In this document: positions 23,682 to 31,665 of the stretch, in pieces
Position numbering within the stretch: the stretch's first letter is position 1
How the letters are laid out: every line of letters starts with the position of its first letter
Source: Minisyncoccota bacterium
GTDB taxonomy: Bacteria; Patescibacteriota; Minisyncoccia; Phycocordibacterales; UBA6065
Assembly (NCBI GenBank): GCA_036400935.1
Contig: DASWWW010000002.1
Location: 1 to 61,938, forward strand
Length of the DNA: 61,938 nt
Reading direction: 5' to 3'
Made by a program: the position numbers and the translations under genes
Notes under the pieces: generated by a model
The model's database searches: none
Told to the model about the DNA's origin: nothing
The model's input: only the letters and a program-made list of their open reading frames with translations

Positions 23682-23954
23682 TTAGATAACGTTTACGACG
23701 TTCTTTACCTTTGACTTGCCGTTGAAGCCCATCTTTCGCTTTGTTGAGTTCGAGACGATGCCTTCCTTTGTAGAGTAGATGGTGTAGTCCTTGCCGATAT
23801 CGGTGTTCTTGCCTGGGAGGGTGTTGAGGCCTTCCTGTCGGATGATGATAGAACCGACCTTAGCTTTCTCGCCGGCGTAGAGCTTTACGCCCAAGTATCG
23901 TGGGTTTGAGTCTCGTCCGTTTTTTGTTGTTCCGGCTGATTTTTTTGTTGCCAT
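23682..23954 (-). CDS. rpmA: Ribosomal protein L27
   Basis: MATKKSAGTTKNGRDSNPRYLGVK...IIIRQ.G. Confidence 0.9.
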   Translation of the reverse strand: MATKKSAGTTKNGRDSNPRYLGVKLYAGEKAKVGSIIIRQEGLNTLPGKNTDIGKDYTIYSTKEGIVSNSTKRKMGFNGKSKVKNVVNVI

Positions 23955-24019
23955 GGCTTTATTTTGTAAAAGGCCTGCGGGTTTAGATTTCCTTTACCTG
24001 CAAACCGTATTATATACGT

Positions 24020-24496
24020 ATGTTTAGACTTCGAAGTATAGACCATATCGGGGCAAAAATCAAGGGTCTGGCCGAAAAAGGCCGGGGAGGGGTGGGGCGT
24101 GCGTACGGCTGGATAGATTGCCGGCTGAATCGCTGGGACGTCTATACGGTGGCTATCGCGGTCCTGGTGGGGATCATATCCGGCTTTTCAGGCCTGATTT
24201 GGGGCACGCGTACGGCGCGGCCGCCGGTCAGGATAGAGCGGTTTGCCCTCGAGGCTCCCGTTCCGGCGGCCGCCACCCAAATAGAGCCAGAAACCACTAC
24301 TAAACCCACCGCCGATTCGAGTCCTAAACCCCTTAAAACCTACGTTGCGTCCAAAAGTGGCACCAAGTACCATCTGCCCTCTTGCTCGAGCGCCAAAAGC
24401 ATTTCTGAGGCCAACAAGGTCTGGTTTGCGACCAAGGAAGAAGCTGAAAAGGCGGGCTATTCTCCCGCAGGGAACTGCAAGGGTTTGCAGCAATAA
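24020..24496 (+). CDS. Membrane-anchored protein with a C-terminal Ada-Zn-binding-like ('sunset'-type) domain
   Basis: One TM segment (VYTVAIAVLVGIISGFSGLIWG). The C-terminus YVASKSGTKYHLPSCSSAKSISEANKVWFATKEEAEKAGYSPAGNC fits the YH.P.C....I...N...F....EA...GY.P motif. Confidence 0.5.
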   Translation: MFRLRSIDHIGAKIKGLAEKGRGGVGRAYGWIDCRLNRWDVYTVAIAVLVGIISGFSGLIWGTRTARPPVRIERFALEAPVPAAATQIEPETTTKPTADSSPKPLKTYVASKSGTKYHLPSCSSAKSISEANKVWFATKEEAEKAGYSPAGNCKGLQQ

Positions 24497-24529
24497 GCGT
24501 CATATACGGCATAGTGTATACTAAATAAC

Positions 24530-24787
24530 ATGAACAAATACTTACGAATAGCCCTCATACTGATTGCCGCCTGCCTGATATTTATGGGATTTATCGGACT
24601 TTTCGTGCCGGTCCTCCAGGGAATCCTCTTTTTGGCCGTAGGAATCTACATTCTTACCCTCGTTTCCGACAAATTTAAGGCCTGGGTCGATCGCCATTTG
24701 CTGCGTTTTCCAAAGTTCAAGCATCACTACGATACTCATACCGCCAGGGTATCATCCTTCTTCAAGGGCAGGGAAGGACAGAAATAG
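24530..24787 (+). CDS. Small 2-TM membrane protein (DUF454/YbaN-like, short)
   Basis: GFIGLFVPVLQGILFLAVGIYILTLVSDKFKAWVDRHLLRFPKF resembles the YbaN N-terminal half. Confidence 0.5.
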   Translation: MNKYLRIALILIAACLIFMGFIGLFVPVLQGILFLAVGIYILTLVSDKFKAWVDRHLLRFPKFKHHYDTHTARVSSFFKGREGQK

Positions 24788-24853
24788 AATTTATATGGCT
24801 CTATTGAGCCGTTTTATGCTACCTACGTAGCGGCTTTTTCTGTGAAAAGTACT

Positions 24854-24882
24854 TGACAATTTGATTCAAAGGTGCTATACTG
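24854..24882 (+). promoter_or_regulatory. Near-consensus sigma70-type promoter (TTGACA-17 nt-TATACT)
   Basis: ttgaca at 24854-24859, an exact 17-nt spacer, and tatact at 24877-24882. It lies about 100 nt upstream of the transglycosylase-like gene. Confidence 0.65.
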
Positions 24883-24983
24883 TATGCACATCAGAGTTAA
24901 TCCTCTGGTGATCTGTTTTTAGGGGCGAAACTCTCAAAGGCGCAAGCCGATAGGGTCGAGTCGCTAGAATCCAACCAAACCTT

Positions 24984-25463
24984 ATGATCGAATTTACAAC
25001 TAGTTTCCTTATGCTCGCTTCTGCGTTCTCGCCAATGACTTCAAAGGCGGTGACCGAGGCGAAGGGTGCGACCACCACTGCTACAGAGGCGACTACTACT
25101 GTAGAAACGCTTGATGCAGATCACCCTCTCACGACAGTGTCGGTAGAAGGATACGTCCGCGATTATTACAAGAAGAATCCTATCCTTGCCGAGATCTCGA
25201 AGTGTGAGTCCACATTCCGACAGTTCGACTCGAAGGGACGCGTAGTGCGCGGTATCGTAAATCCTGACGACGTCGGCCTCATGCAGATCAACCTCTTCTA
25301 TCACGGAGAGACTGCCGAGAAGCTCGGTTACGACCTCTATACTATCGATGGGAACCTTGCGTACGGCCAGTATCTCTATGACAAGTACGGCGACTCGCCT
25401 TGGATCCACTCGAAGCCTTGCTGGAAGAAGTCTGAGGTGTATCAGGAACTCGCTCGAAACTAA
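24984..25463 (+). CDS. Secreted lytic transglycosylase / lysozyme-like (SLT-type) protein
   Basis: ISKCESTFRQF...DVGLMQIN...NLAYGQYLY...G..PW, with the catalytic-Glu context CES and the GLMQIN motif. Has a signal-like N-terminus and a Thr-rich linker. Confidence 0.7.
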   Translation: MIEFTTSFLMLASAFSPMTSKAVTEAKGATTTATEATTTVETLDADHPLTTVSVEGYVRDYYKKNPILAEISKCESTFRQFDSKGRVVRGIVNPDDVGLMQINLFYHGETAEKLGYDLYTIDGNLAYGQYLYDKYGDSPWIHSKPCWKKSEVYQELARN

Positions 25464-25477
25464 TACAAGCTAAAGGG

Positions 25478-25512
25478 AAGGGCCGCTCCTTACGGAGCGG
25501 CCCTTTCTGTTG
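25478..25512 (+). terminator. Intrinsic terminator
   Basis: aagggccgctcc-ttac-ggagcggccctt (12 bp) followed by tctgttgc. Confidence 0.7.
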
Positions 25513-25548
25513 CAAAAAAGTCGCGGCGCGGTAGCATGTCCCTCAGGC

Positions 25549-25821
25549 ATGACAATACCCGCACTTACCCAAACCATCACGCAGGCAGCGCAGGGCCGGT
25601 TCCTCGAAAGCGATCGCAGGAAAGCCTTTGAAGAGCATCTTGCCCAGCTCGAAAGGGAAACCTGCATCCAATCGGTGCCTGACGGGCAGGAGGGAATCAG
25701 ATTTGGCACCTGGCATGGAAGCGAGTCCGGAGCCAGCATTGGCGTTCAGACCGACTTCGATGCCGGCACCACGACCCTGATGACCCTTGAAGAGGGCACG
25801 GCTCTTGGCATGACTCTGTAG
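25549..25821 (+). CDS. Hypothetical small protein (90 aa from the ATG at 25549)
   Basis: An ORF flanked by terminators on both sides. No recognisable motif. Confidence 0.4.
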   Translation: MTIPALTQTITQAAQGRFLESDRRKAFEEHLAQLERETCIQSVPDGQEGIRFGTWHGSESGASIGVQTDFDAGTTTLMTLEEGTALGMTL

Positions 25822-25840
25822 TGCTCCACTGGTTTCTGGT

Positions 25841-25862
25841 CCCGACACTGTCGGGGCTTTTT
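25841..25862 (+). terminator. Candidate terminator of the small plus-strand gene
   Basis: cccgac-act-gtcggg followed by gcttttt. Confidence 0.5.
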
Positions 25863-25865
25863 ATT

Positions 25866-25890
25866 AAAAAAGCACCCGTTGAAGGGTGCT
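25866..25890 (-). terminator. Intrinsic terminator of methyltransferase 1
   Basis: The minus strand reads agcaccc-ttcaac-gggtgct followed by tttttt. Confidence 0.65.
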
Positions 25891-26515
25891 AGGGCTTTGA
25901 ACAGATTACTTCAATGTAATGTCTTCCGTCGTCGGATTCCTCGATGATATGCAGGCCTTTCATATCTGCAAACCGTTTCTCGGCCCAGTCTTTGGACACG
26001 GTTACGACATCGTTGCGGAAGCGAAGCATCACATGCTTGGTACCAAAGAAGGTGGCAGCAAAGAGGCCGCCGGCCTTGAGCGATCGGAGGGACGCCTCAA
26101 TCACGGGCTCGAAGTGAACCTCGCCGGCATATGGCAAGGAGTTGTCTGCGTGTATGAGGTCGAACCGCTGCGCGCCGAACTCGAACTGGTGAAAGAATTG
26201 CTGATAAAACTCGAATCGGCCACGCTTGTGCTCAACGAGGGCGCTTGAGAGAATTGCCGCCTTTTCGTCATAATCAACGGCCGTTACTCTACGGAACCCT
26301 GCTCCCAGGAAAAGCAGCGATGCGGCGAGCATTCCGCTGCCGAGGTCAAGGGCCGAGCCTCTTGATTTGTCTATGTATGCCGATTTTAGTGCTAGGCCTG
26401 CAGGCTTGTTTCCTTGCGTGAGCGTGTGTTCATAGTATCCTGTCCAGTCAAAGAAGGGGACGGTGGGGACTGATGTAAGGGGCATGAATGAAGGTGCTTG
26501 AGTCCCAAAATACAT
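25889..26515 (-). CDS. Class I SAM-dependent methyltransferase (paralogue 1)
   Basis: Motif I ALDLGSGMLAASLLFLGAGF..VTAVDYD and post-I/II elements; 208 aa. Confidence 0.8.
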   Translation of the reverse strand: MYFGTQAPSFMPLTSVPTVPFFDWTGYYEHTLTQGNKPAGLALKSAYIDKSRGSALDLGSGMLAASLLFLGAGFRRVTAVDYDEKAAILSSALVEHKRGRFEFYQQFFHQFEFGAQRFDLIHADNSLPYAGEVHFEPVIEASLRSLKAGGLFAATFFGTKHVMLRFRNDVVTVSKDWAEKRFADMKGLHIIEESDDGRHYIEVICSKP

Positions 26516-26577
26516 TGAATAATCTATTTAGTCAAGTTAAAGCAAAAGACCGCCCGAAGGCGGTCTTTCTTTTGTTA

Positions 26578-26787
26578 CTAAATCTTGCTCGTAAGGCAGC
26601 TGACGGTATTTTTTATGTACTCCGACACGTCCTGTCCGTCCACCTTGTCCTCGAGCGACATCGCTATCATCGAGCACTGGGCGATGGCCCTCGGCACTAC
26701 TATATGGGTAAAGAAGAGCAGGTAGACGATGCCTATGAGGCAGATTATGAGCAAGACGTTTGTTGTTCTGATTGAGTTCATGCACAT
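26578..26787 (-). CDS. Small single-TM protein (67-69 aa)
   Basis: N-terminal hydrophobic helix NVLLIICLIGIVYLLFF. Two in-frame ATGs at 26787 and 26781. Confidence 0.45.
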   Translation of the reverse strand: MCMNSIRTTNVLLIICLIGIVYLLFFTHIVVPRAIAQCSMIAMSLEDKVDGQDVSEYIKNTVSCLTSKI

Positions 26788-26821
26788 ATTTTATCACGCC
26801 GAGTAAGGCGGTAAAGTAAAT

Positions 26822-26844
26822 AAAAAGCACCCGTTAACGGGTGC
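26822..26844 (-). terminator. Intrinsic terminator of methyltransferase 2 (same core as the one at 25866-25890)
   Basis: The minus strand reads gcacccg-ttaa-cgggtgc followed by ttttt. Confidence 0.65.
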
Positions 26845-26848
26845 GGCG

Positions 26849-27469
26849 CTATCTCCGGCGGGCGATAACGACATGATTGGCTACCATGTCGTCGGGATCG
26901 TTGTTGGTATCCAGCTCGTGATGAAGGAGCTCCATGCCGGCGATCAGCCTGTCGATATCGTCCCGGCTCATAGAGGCAAGCACAGGATACCGCTCGATTA
27001 CCTGGTGGCCAGGGTCGCAAATCGTAAATGCGGCAATGCCTCCAGGCCTGACAGCACCAACGAGCCTCTGCATAAAGGGAATGAATCCTTCTGTGCGATG
27101 GAACGCCAGCGATCCGTGCGAAAAGACGAGGTCGTAGCCATTGGGATCGAACTGAAAGTCCTGGAACGGAGTTAGCTGAAAGCGGACCTTGCTGCGGTAC
27201 TCGACAGTCCTGAATCCTTCAATGGCAATCTGGGCCTGAGGATTGGAATCGACGGCGACGATTTGCTCGAAGCCTCCGTCTAGGAGGTATTCAATGTCGT
27301 TTGCGGGGCCCGAACCAAGGTCGAGCGCAAGACTGCGATTCCGCACGAAGGGGAGGGTGCGCTGAGCCAGTTCCGAACCGAACTGGCCGGCCTTCATGAA
27401 TATGTAGTACTGCCAGAACTCGGATTCGCGCTCGAGGCTAAACTCGGGGTGAGAATTTGTGAGGAACAT
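26849..27469 (-). CDS. Class I SAM-dependent methyltransferase (paralogue 2)
   Basis: Motif I ALDLGSGPANDIEYLLDGGF..IVAVDSN; 206 aa, same layout as paralogue 1. Confidence 0.8.
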   Translation of the reverse strand: MFLTNSHPEFSLERESEFWQYYIFMKAGQFGSELAQRTLPFVRNRSLALDLGSGPANDIEYLLDGGFEQIVAVDSNPQAQIAIEGFRTVEYRSKVRFQLTPFQDFQFDPNGYDLVFSHGSLAFHRTEGFIPFMQRLVGAVRPGGIAAFTICDPGHQVIERYPVLASMSRDDIDRLIAGMELLHHELDTNNDPDDMVANHVVIARRR

Positions 27470-27641
27470 ATATTGGGAGTGGCGGGGTTTGATCTGACAT
27501 TACAGGAATCTGCCAAAGACTCAAGCTGGGCGCTCGACGTCCGGCCTTATAGGGAAGCTCCGCCGTCGTTTATATAGTAGTGTCGCACAATATATCTTTT
27601 CGGCTATTAAGATACAAAGCTGCTGCTCTGTATATGTGGAA

Positions 27642-28724
27642 CTAAAACATTGGCTCGAACCTCCCGTTCCTGTAGATGTGCACGTCGGGCGCTATGTCGA
27701 ATCGGGTTCCGTCTTCATTGAATCTGATCTTCCCTGATGCGTATCCGTCGAACTCAAAGTCTCTCGAGCTTAGCATGTTGATCCACGTATCGGCCGGACC
27801 TGCCTCTGAAAGGCCTTTTATAATGCCCAAGGAGTCGTATGCGTAATCCCCCGTGAGGTTTGGTTCAGCCTTGAACCTTTCTTGGTACCTTTCTTTGAAC
27901 CCCTGGGTCGCAGTATCCGCCAGGTTGGTCGAAAGGCATCCTTCGAGCCGCTCTTGGCCGATCGCCGCAGCATACTCATTGACAGCAAGCTCTGTTCCGA
28001 AGTCGCAGATGATCCTTACGGTGCCTTTGGGGTCTTGGGTGCGGAGCGCCTTCAGGAACCTGATCGCATCTTCTTTTGCCATGAATGTCGTGACGGCGTC
28101 CGGACCTTTGTTAAGAATCTTCTGGATCTCGGTCCTGTAATCGAGCGCCGGTGCGAGTGCTACATCGTCTATTTTGACCGTCGGAGGCAATCCTTTCTTG
28201 AATGAGTTCGCGTTGAGGGTAAAAAGCGCGGCATTGCTATGCGCGACAGCTATATATGGATACGTATCGCCGTAAACCTGGCCAAGTTTCACGAAAAGCG
28301 TATCTCCGGAAGGCATGATCTGAAATACGGAGTCTTTCTCATATACGAGCGTGCCGCCAAGGCCCAAAAGCGGAATCCTATCGGCATTCGTAAGCGGTGC
28401 CAGCGCCTGGATTGATGGCGCACTTAGTACGACCACGGCGTCTATATCGTGAACACTTCGCAGCTGCCTGTATGCCGACACGGCCTTTTTGGCATCGTAA
28501 GCGTCATCTTCGAAGTGAAGCTCTATGTTGCTGGCCGCCAAGTCTTCTTTGGCCATAAGCATGGCGTTTCTGTCACTTTCTCCCAAACTTGCGTACTGGC
28601 CGGTCAAAGGCAAAATCACTCCAACATGGACTTTGCTGGCGGTCTTTTCTGGCAAGCTGACAAGCATGATCATTCCGATCGCTAAGACCAATCCACCTGC
28701 AAAAGCTAATTTATTTTTAAGCAT
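27642..28724 (-). CDS. Type I periplasmic-binding-fold solute-binding protein (Leu/Ile/Val-binding-like), membrane-anchored
   Basis: TM/signal anchor followed by VHVGVILPLTGQYASLGESDRNAMLMAKEDL, which is typical of LivJ/K-like ABC substrate-binding proteins. No permease or ATPase gene is adjacent. Confidence 0.8.
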   Translation of the reverse strand: MLKNKLAFAGGLVLAIGMIMLVSLPEKTASKVHVGVILPLTGQYASLGESDRNAMLMAKEDLAASNIELHFEDDAYDAKKAVSAYRQLRSVHDIDAVVVLSAPSIQALAPLTNADRIPLLGLGGTLVYEKDSVFQIMPSGDTLFVKLGQVYGDTYPYIAVAHSNAALFTLNANSFKKGLPPTVKIDDVALAPALDYRTEIQKILNKGPDAVTTFMAKEDAIRFLKALRTQDPKGTVRIICDFGTELAVNEYAAAIGQERLEGCLSTNLADTATQGFKERYQERFKAEPNLTGDYAYDSLGIIKGLSEAGPADTWINMLSSRDFEFDGYASGKIRFNEDGTRFDIAPDVHIYRNGRFEPMF

Positions 28725-28752
28725 TACTGGACTGTAGCAAGCCTCTTTCTAT

Positions 28753-28769
28753 TGACGAAATACTCGTCA
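28753..28769. promoter_or_regulatory. Inverted repeat TGACGA-N5-TCGTCA in the divergent spacer (candidate operator)
   Basis: Lies between the solute-binding gene (-) and the TrmB-like gene (+), directly abutting a tataat at 28770-28775. Confidence 0.3.
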
Positions 28770-28786
28770 TATAATAGCCTTAGGCT

Positions 28787-29596
28787 ATGTTTAACGAATC
28801 GCTCAAGAAGCTCCTGAATTTGTCCGTTCACGAGAGCGCTATTCTCAATGCCCTCAAGCATGGAAGCCAAAATATCAGCTCCTTGTCGGGCTCTACTGGC
28901 TTTGCTCGCACGACGCTCTATACTGCCCTCGCGACGCTCGAGGGCCGCGGACTCATACAGACCGAGGCGTGGGGCCGATCCGTGAAAGTCAGCCTCCTCT
29001 CCCCCGCAGGGATCGGTACGGCAAGAGCTGGCTCTGTAGTTTTTGCCGATTCGGCCAGTTCACCTACAGAAGACTCAGGTTTCAGAATCATAAAGGGCAA
29101 GGAGTCCATGTTCCAGATATGGGCCAACATATCGCGTATGAAAAACTCCCGTATTCTCTGTATTCAGCCTACGCGATCGCTCGTTCATACCATAAAAAAG
29201 TTCAAGCCGGGAGAATTTATTCCGCTTAACGAGGCAGTAAAGAAGAATAAGATCATTATGGAGGTGGTTGCGCGCGAGGATATCATTCCTGCCTACTTGA
29301 GCCTGCACAAAGGTACTCCTGCGATTCAGAAAGGCATACTGAAAAGCTTCCTTGGCAGGATGGCTGATGTAGTGCACGTCAAAAACGAGTTTCTCGACAG
29401 CGATTCGGAAATGATAATTACCCCAAAAAGCGCTTACCTGTTGAATTGGAAAAGCGAGATTGCCGTAGAGATCAGAAATGCCGACATGGTCGGCTTTCTG
29501 AGGGAGCTATTTGACCTGGCCAAAGGATATGGCGACAAGGTCGACTTCAACTCGTACGTGGCGAAGTTTATTACTGAGGCATCTCGACGCCCATAG
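28787..29596 (+). CDS. TrmB-family-like transcriptional regulator (N-terminal wHTH plus uncharacterised C-terminal domain)
   Basis: LNLSVHESAILNALKHGSQNISSLSGSTGFARTTLYTALATLEGRGLI. Confidence 0.65.
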   Translation: MFNESLKKLLNLSVHESAILNALKHGSQNISSLSGSTGFARTTLYTALATLEGRGLIQTEAWGRSVKVSLLSPAGIGTARAGSVVFADSASSPTEDSGFRIIKGKESMFQIWANISRMKNSRILCIQPTRSLVHTIKKFKPGEFIPLNEAVKKNKIIMEVVAREDIIPAYLSLHKGTPAIQKGILKSFLGRMADVVHVKNEFLDSDSEMIITPKSAYLLNWKSEIAVEIRNADMVGFLRELFDLAKGYGDKVDFNSYVAKFITEASRRP

Positions 29597-29942
29597 TCTC
29601 GGCATCGGCATTCTTGATGCACATGGCGAGGGCTTCGGTCTCGGTCCATCCGCAGTTTCCGGTAGACTGTCGCTCGCACTTCGCGCCGGTAGACTTGTAG
29701 CAAGCGAACTGAGGCCGGTACATGCAGTTCGATACCATGTCAGGCTGGTCGCTGCAGATCTCCGCGCTGCATCCGCCGACGTAGCAGGCTCCGGTAGTCG
29801 TATTGCCCGGCTGAGTGATGCCGGTAATAGGCTCATTTTTGCTATTCATCTGCGCTGTCGCCGATACGGCGATCGCGGTGATGAGGAATGCCGCTCCGAA
29901 CGAGATCAAGGCTATCTTATAACCGCGTGAGTGCTTGTGCAT
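29571..29942 (-). CDS. Membrane-anchored or secreted eight-cysteine small protein
   Basis: N-terminal TM segment, then ACYVGGCSAEICSD...SNCMYRPQFACYK..AKCERQSTGNCGWTETEALAMC with exactly 8 Cys. Its 3' end overlaps the convergent regulator gene by 26 nt. Confidence 0.6.
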   Translation of the reverse strand: MHKHSRGYKIALISFGAAFLITAIAVSATAQMNSKNEPITGITQPGNTTTGACYVGGCSAEICSDQPDMVSNCMYRPQFACYKSTGAKCERQSTGNCGWTETEALAMCIKNADAETMGVEMPQ

Positions 29943-29986
29943 GATTTTATTATGTAAATAACAACTAATTCCTGGCTTTTTGACCG

Positions 29987-30304
29987 CTACTGTCCGATCG
30001 GCTGGTACGGCTGATCCCCTATATTCATGAGGCGGCTCGCCGCATTCTCGAGCTCTGTCGGCGCACCGGCGTCGATTCGGCCCAAGTTATGAACGAATGC
30101 GTTCCAAAGGATGCCGATGAACACGTTCTTGTAGAGATACGTGAGCGGCTCCTTGAGATACTCGTTCCAGACGTACGAAACCCCGCTTCCTGCATACTGA
30201 AGATTGCTCTGCGTGACCGGCGCCTCGATGATTGCCTTGAGGTCGTATCCGAAGAAGCTCAGTACGATAATGGCAACCAAAGCGAGTATGATGTATTTGA
30301 TCAT
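29987..30304 (-). CDS. Small N-terminally anchored membrane protein (105 aa)
   Basis: MIKYIILALVAIIVLSFFGY... The upstream part of the listed 282-aa ORF overlaps the M23 gene in another frame and was discarded. Confidence 0.55.
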   Translation of the reverse strand: MIKYIILALVAIIVLSFFGYDLKAIIEAPVTQSNLQYAGSGVSYVWNEYLKEPLTYLYKNVFIGILWNAFVHNLGRIDAGAPTELENAASRLMNIGDQPYQPIGQ

Positions 30305-30357
30305 GCACACAGTATATATCAGAAATGGCCAGATATAAGGCCCGCGCTGTGCATAAA

Positions 30358-31665
30358 TTATATCTTTGGCAGGTATGCCGATGGGTCGAGATACGACGTC
30401 GGATTCGCGGCCACGGTCTTGATTCCCTTGCAGTTCGCCGATCCGAGAGACGACGAGTCCACGATGCGAACGCCTGCCGAGGCGTATACACCCATGTGGA
30501 GGTGTGGGCCGGTCGCATATCCGGTCGCTCCGCTGTACCCTATCGTCTCCCCTGTCACGACCTTTTCCCCCGGATTTACGCTGACGACCGAGAGGTGCCC
30601 ATAAATGGTAGTGAGGCCGTTGGCATGCTTGATAAGCACCCATTTTCCGTACTGGCAGCCTGCCTTGTGCTTGACCGCCTCGGTGTCTATGACGGTTCCA
30701 GAAAGCGCTGCCATGACTTTCGAGCCGGTGCTCGCGCCAAAGTCGATGCCTCCGTGCGATCCCGAGGTGTAGAGTCGCTGCGCCGCGACGGTCTTGCCGA
30801 AATACTGGGTCACGCGAATGCTTTCGAGCGGCCACGACAGCACGCCTCCTCGGGCGCTCGGCACGGCTGACGGATCGACCGTCACCTTGAGCTGCGATTC
30901 GTAGTTGAAGAGCTCCCTTTCGTAGGTCTCGCGCTGCTTGATGGCCGTATCAAGGAGTGTCTTGTACTGGGACTCCTGGTTCTGGGTCGTCTTCAGGAGC
31001 TGGTCTTTCTCCGCCTTGTTTGATGCCACGACTTTCGTCTGGTCGGCGAGCGATTTTTGGTAGGACCTGAGGCGTGCCTCCTCGTTCAATGCCTGATCGC
31101 GCTTTGCCCCGAGTATCATGCGCGCCTCGCGCACGTCCTGCAGCTCGATCTTTACGCGGCCCTCGATCGTCTTGAGGGCGTTTATATAGTCAAAAGAGTC
31201 GGAGATGGTCTTGTTGGCCAAGAACTGCTCGATGCCGGACTCGGACTCGGCGATATTCATGTCCTGAATGTTGCGGGCCATTGCCGTCGAGTTGATCTCG
31301 ATCTGCTGTTCGGCGAGCTCGATATCGCTCTCGAGGTCCTCGAGGGTAAGCGATGTCTTCGATATCTGGGTCGAGGTCAGGGCCAGGTTTGCCTCGAGCT
31401 TCTTCTGGGTAAGCTCAAGCGTCGACAAGGCGTTCTTTAGGGTCGTTGCCTGCTTTGAGGTTGAGTTCAAAAGCGTCGAGTACTGGTTGATCTGCTTCTG
31501 GATATCCTCGATTTTTTGGTTATTCTCATTGATTTTCTGCTGGATTTCGGCGGTCGTGGCGGCCTCTGCCGACGGGCTGGCGACGCTCGCTCCTGCGCAC
31601 AAAAAGGCCGCAATGAGGGCGGCCAAGGCATTCCTTAGGATGTTTGCTTTATATGATCGGTGCAT
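30358..31665 (-). CDS. M23 family metallopeptidase with N-terminal coiled coil (EnvC-like murein endopeptidase)
   Basis: Signal peptide, about 250 aa of heptad-rich sequence, then HGGIDFGA...GKWVLIKHANGLTTIYGHL...GYSGATGYATGPHLH. Confidence 0.9.
   Translation of the reverse strand: MHRSYKANILRNALAALIAAFLCAGASVASPSAEAATTAEIQQKINENNQKIEDIQKQINQYSTLLNSTSKQATTLKNALSTLELTQKKLEANLALTSTQISKTSLTLEDLESDIELAEQQIEINSTAMARNIQDMNIAESESGIEQFLANKTISDSFDYINALKTIEGRVKIELQDVREARMILGAKRDQALNEEARLRSYQKSLADQTKVVASNKAEKDQLLKTTQNQESQYKTLLDTAIKQRETYERELFNYESQLKVTVDPSAVPSARGGVLSWPLESIRVTQYFGKTVAAQRLYTSGSHGGIDFGASTGSKVMAALSGTVIDTEAVKHKAGCQYGKWVLIKHANGLTTIYGHLSVVSVNPGEKVVTGETIGYSGATGYATGPHLHMGVYASAGVRIVDSSSLGSANCKGIKTVAANPTSYLDPSAYLPKI

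Noticed and set aside
24883-24983. A cyclic-di-AMP (ydaO-type) riboswitch in front of the lytic transglycosylase-like gene.
   Set aside because: The genomic context is suggestive, but the leader is too short (about 100 nt). It also lacks the pseudo-two-fold ACGGGG/CCCA-type conserved segments that I remember for that class.
30305-30835. The upstream part of the 282-aa ORF at 29987-30835 (minus), and ORFs 30087-30518 and 30089-30604.
   Set aside because: They overlap the M23 peptidase catalytic domain in other frames and give Arg/His-rich nonsense. Only the last 105 codons, from the ATG at 30304, look like a real membrane protein.
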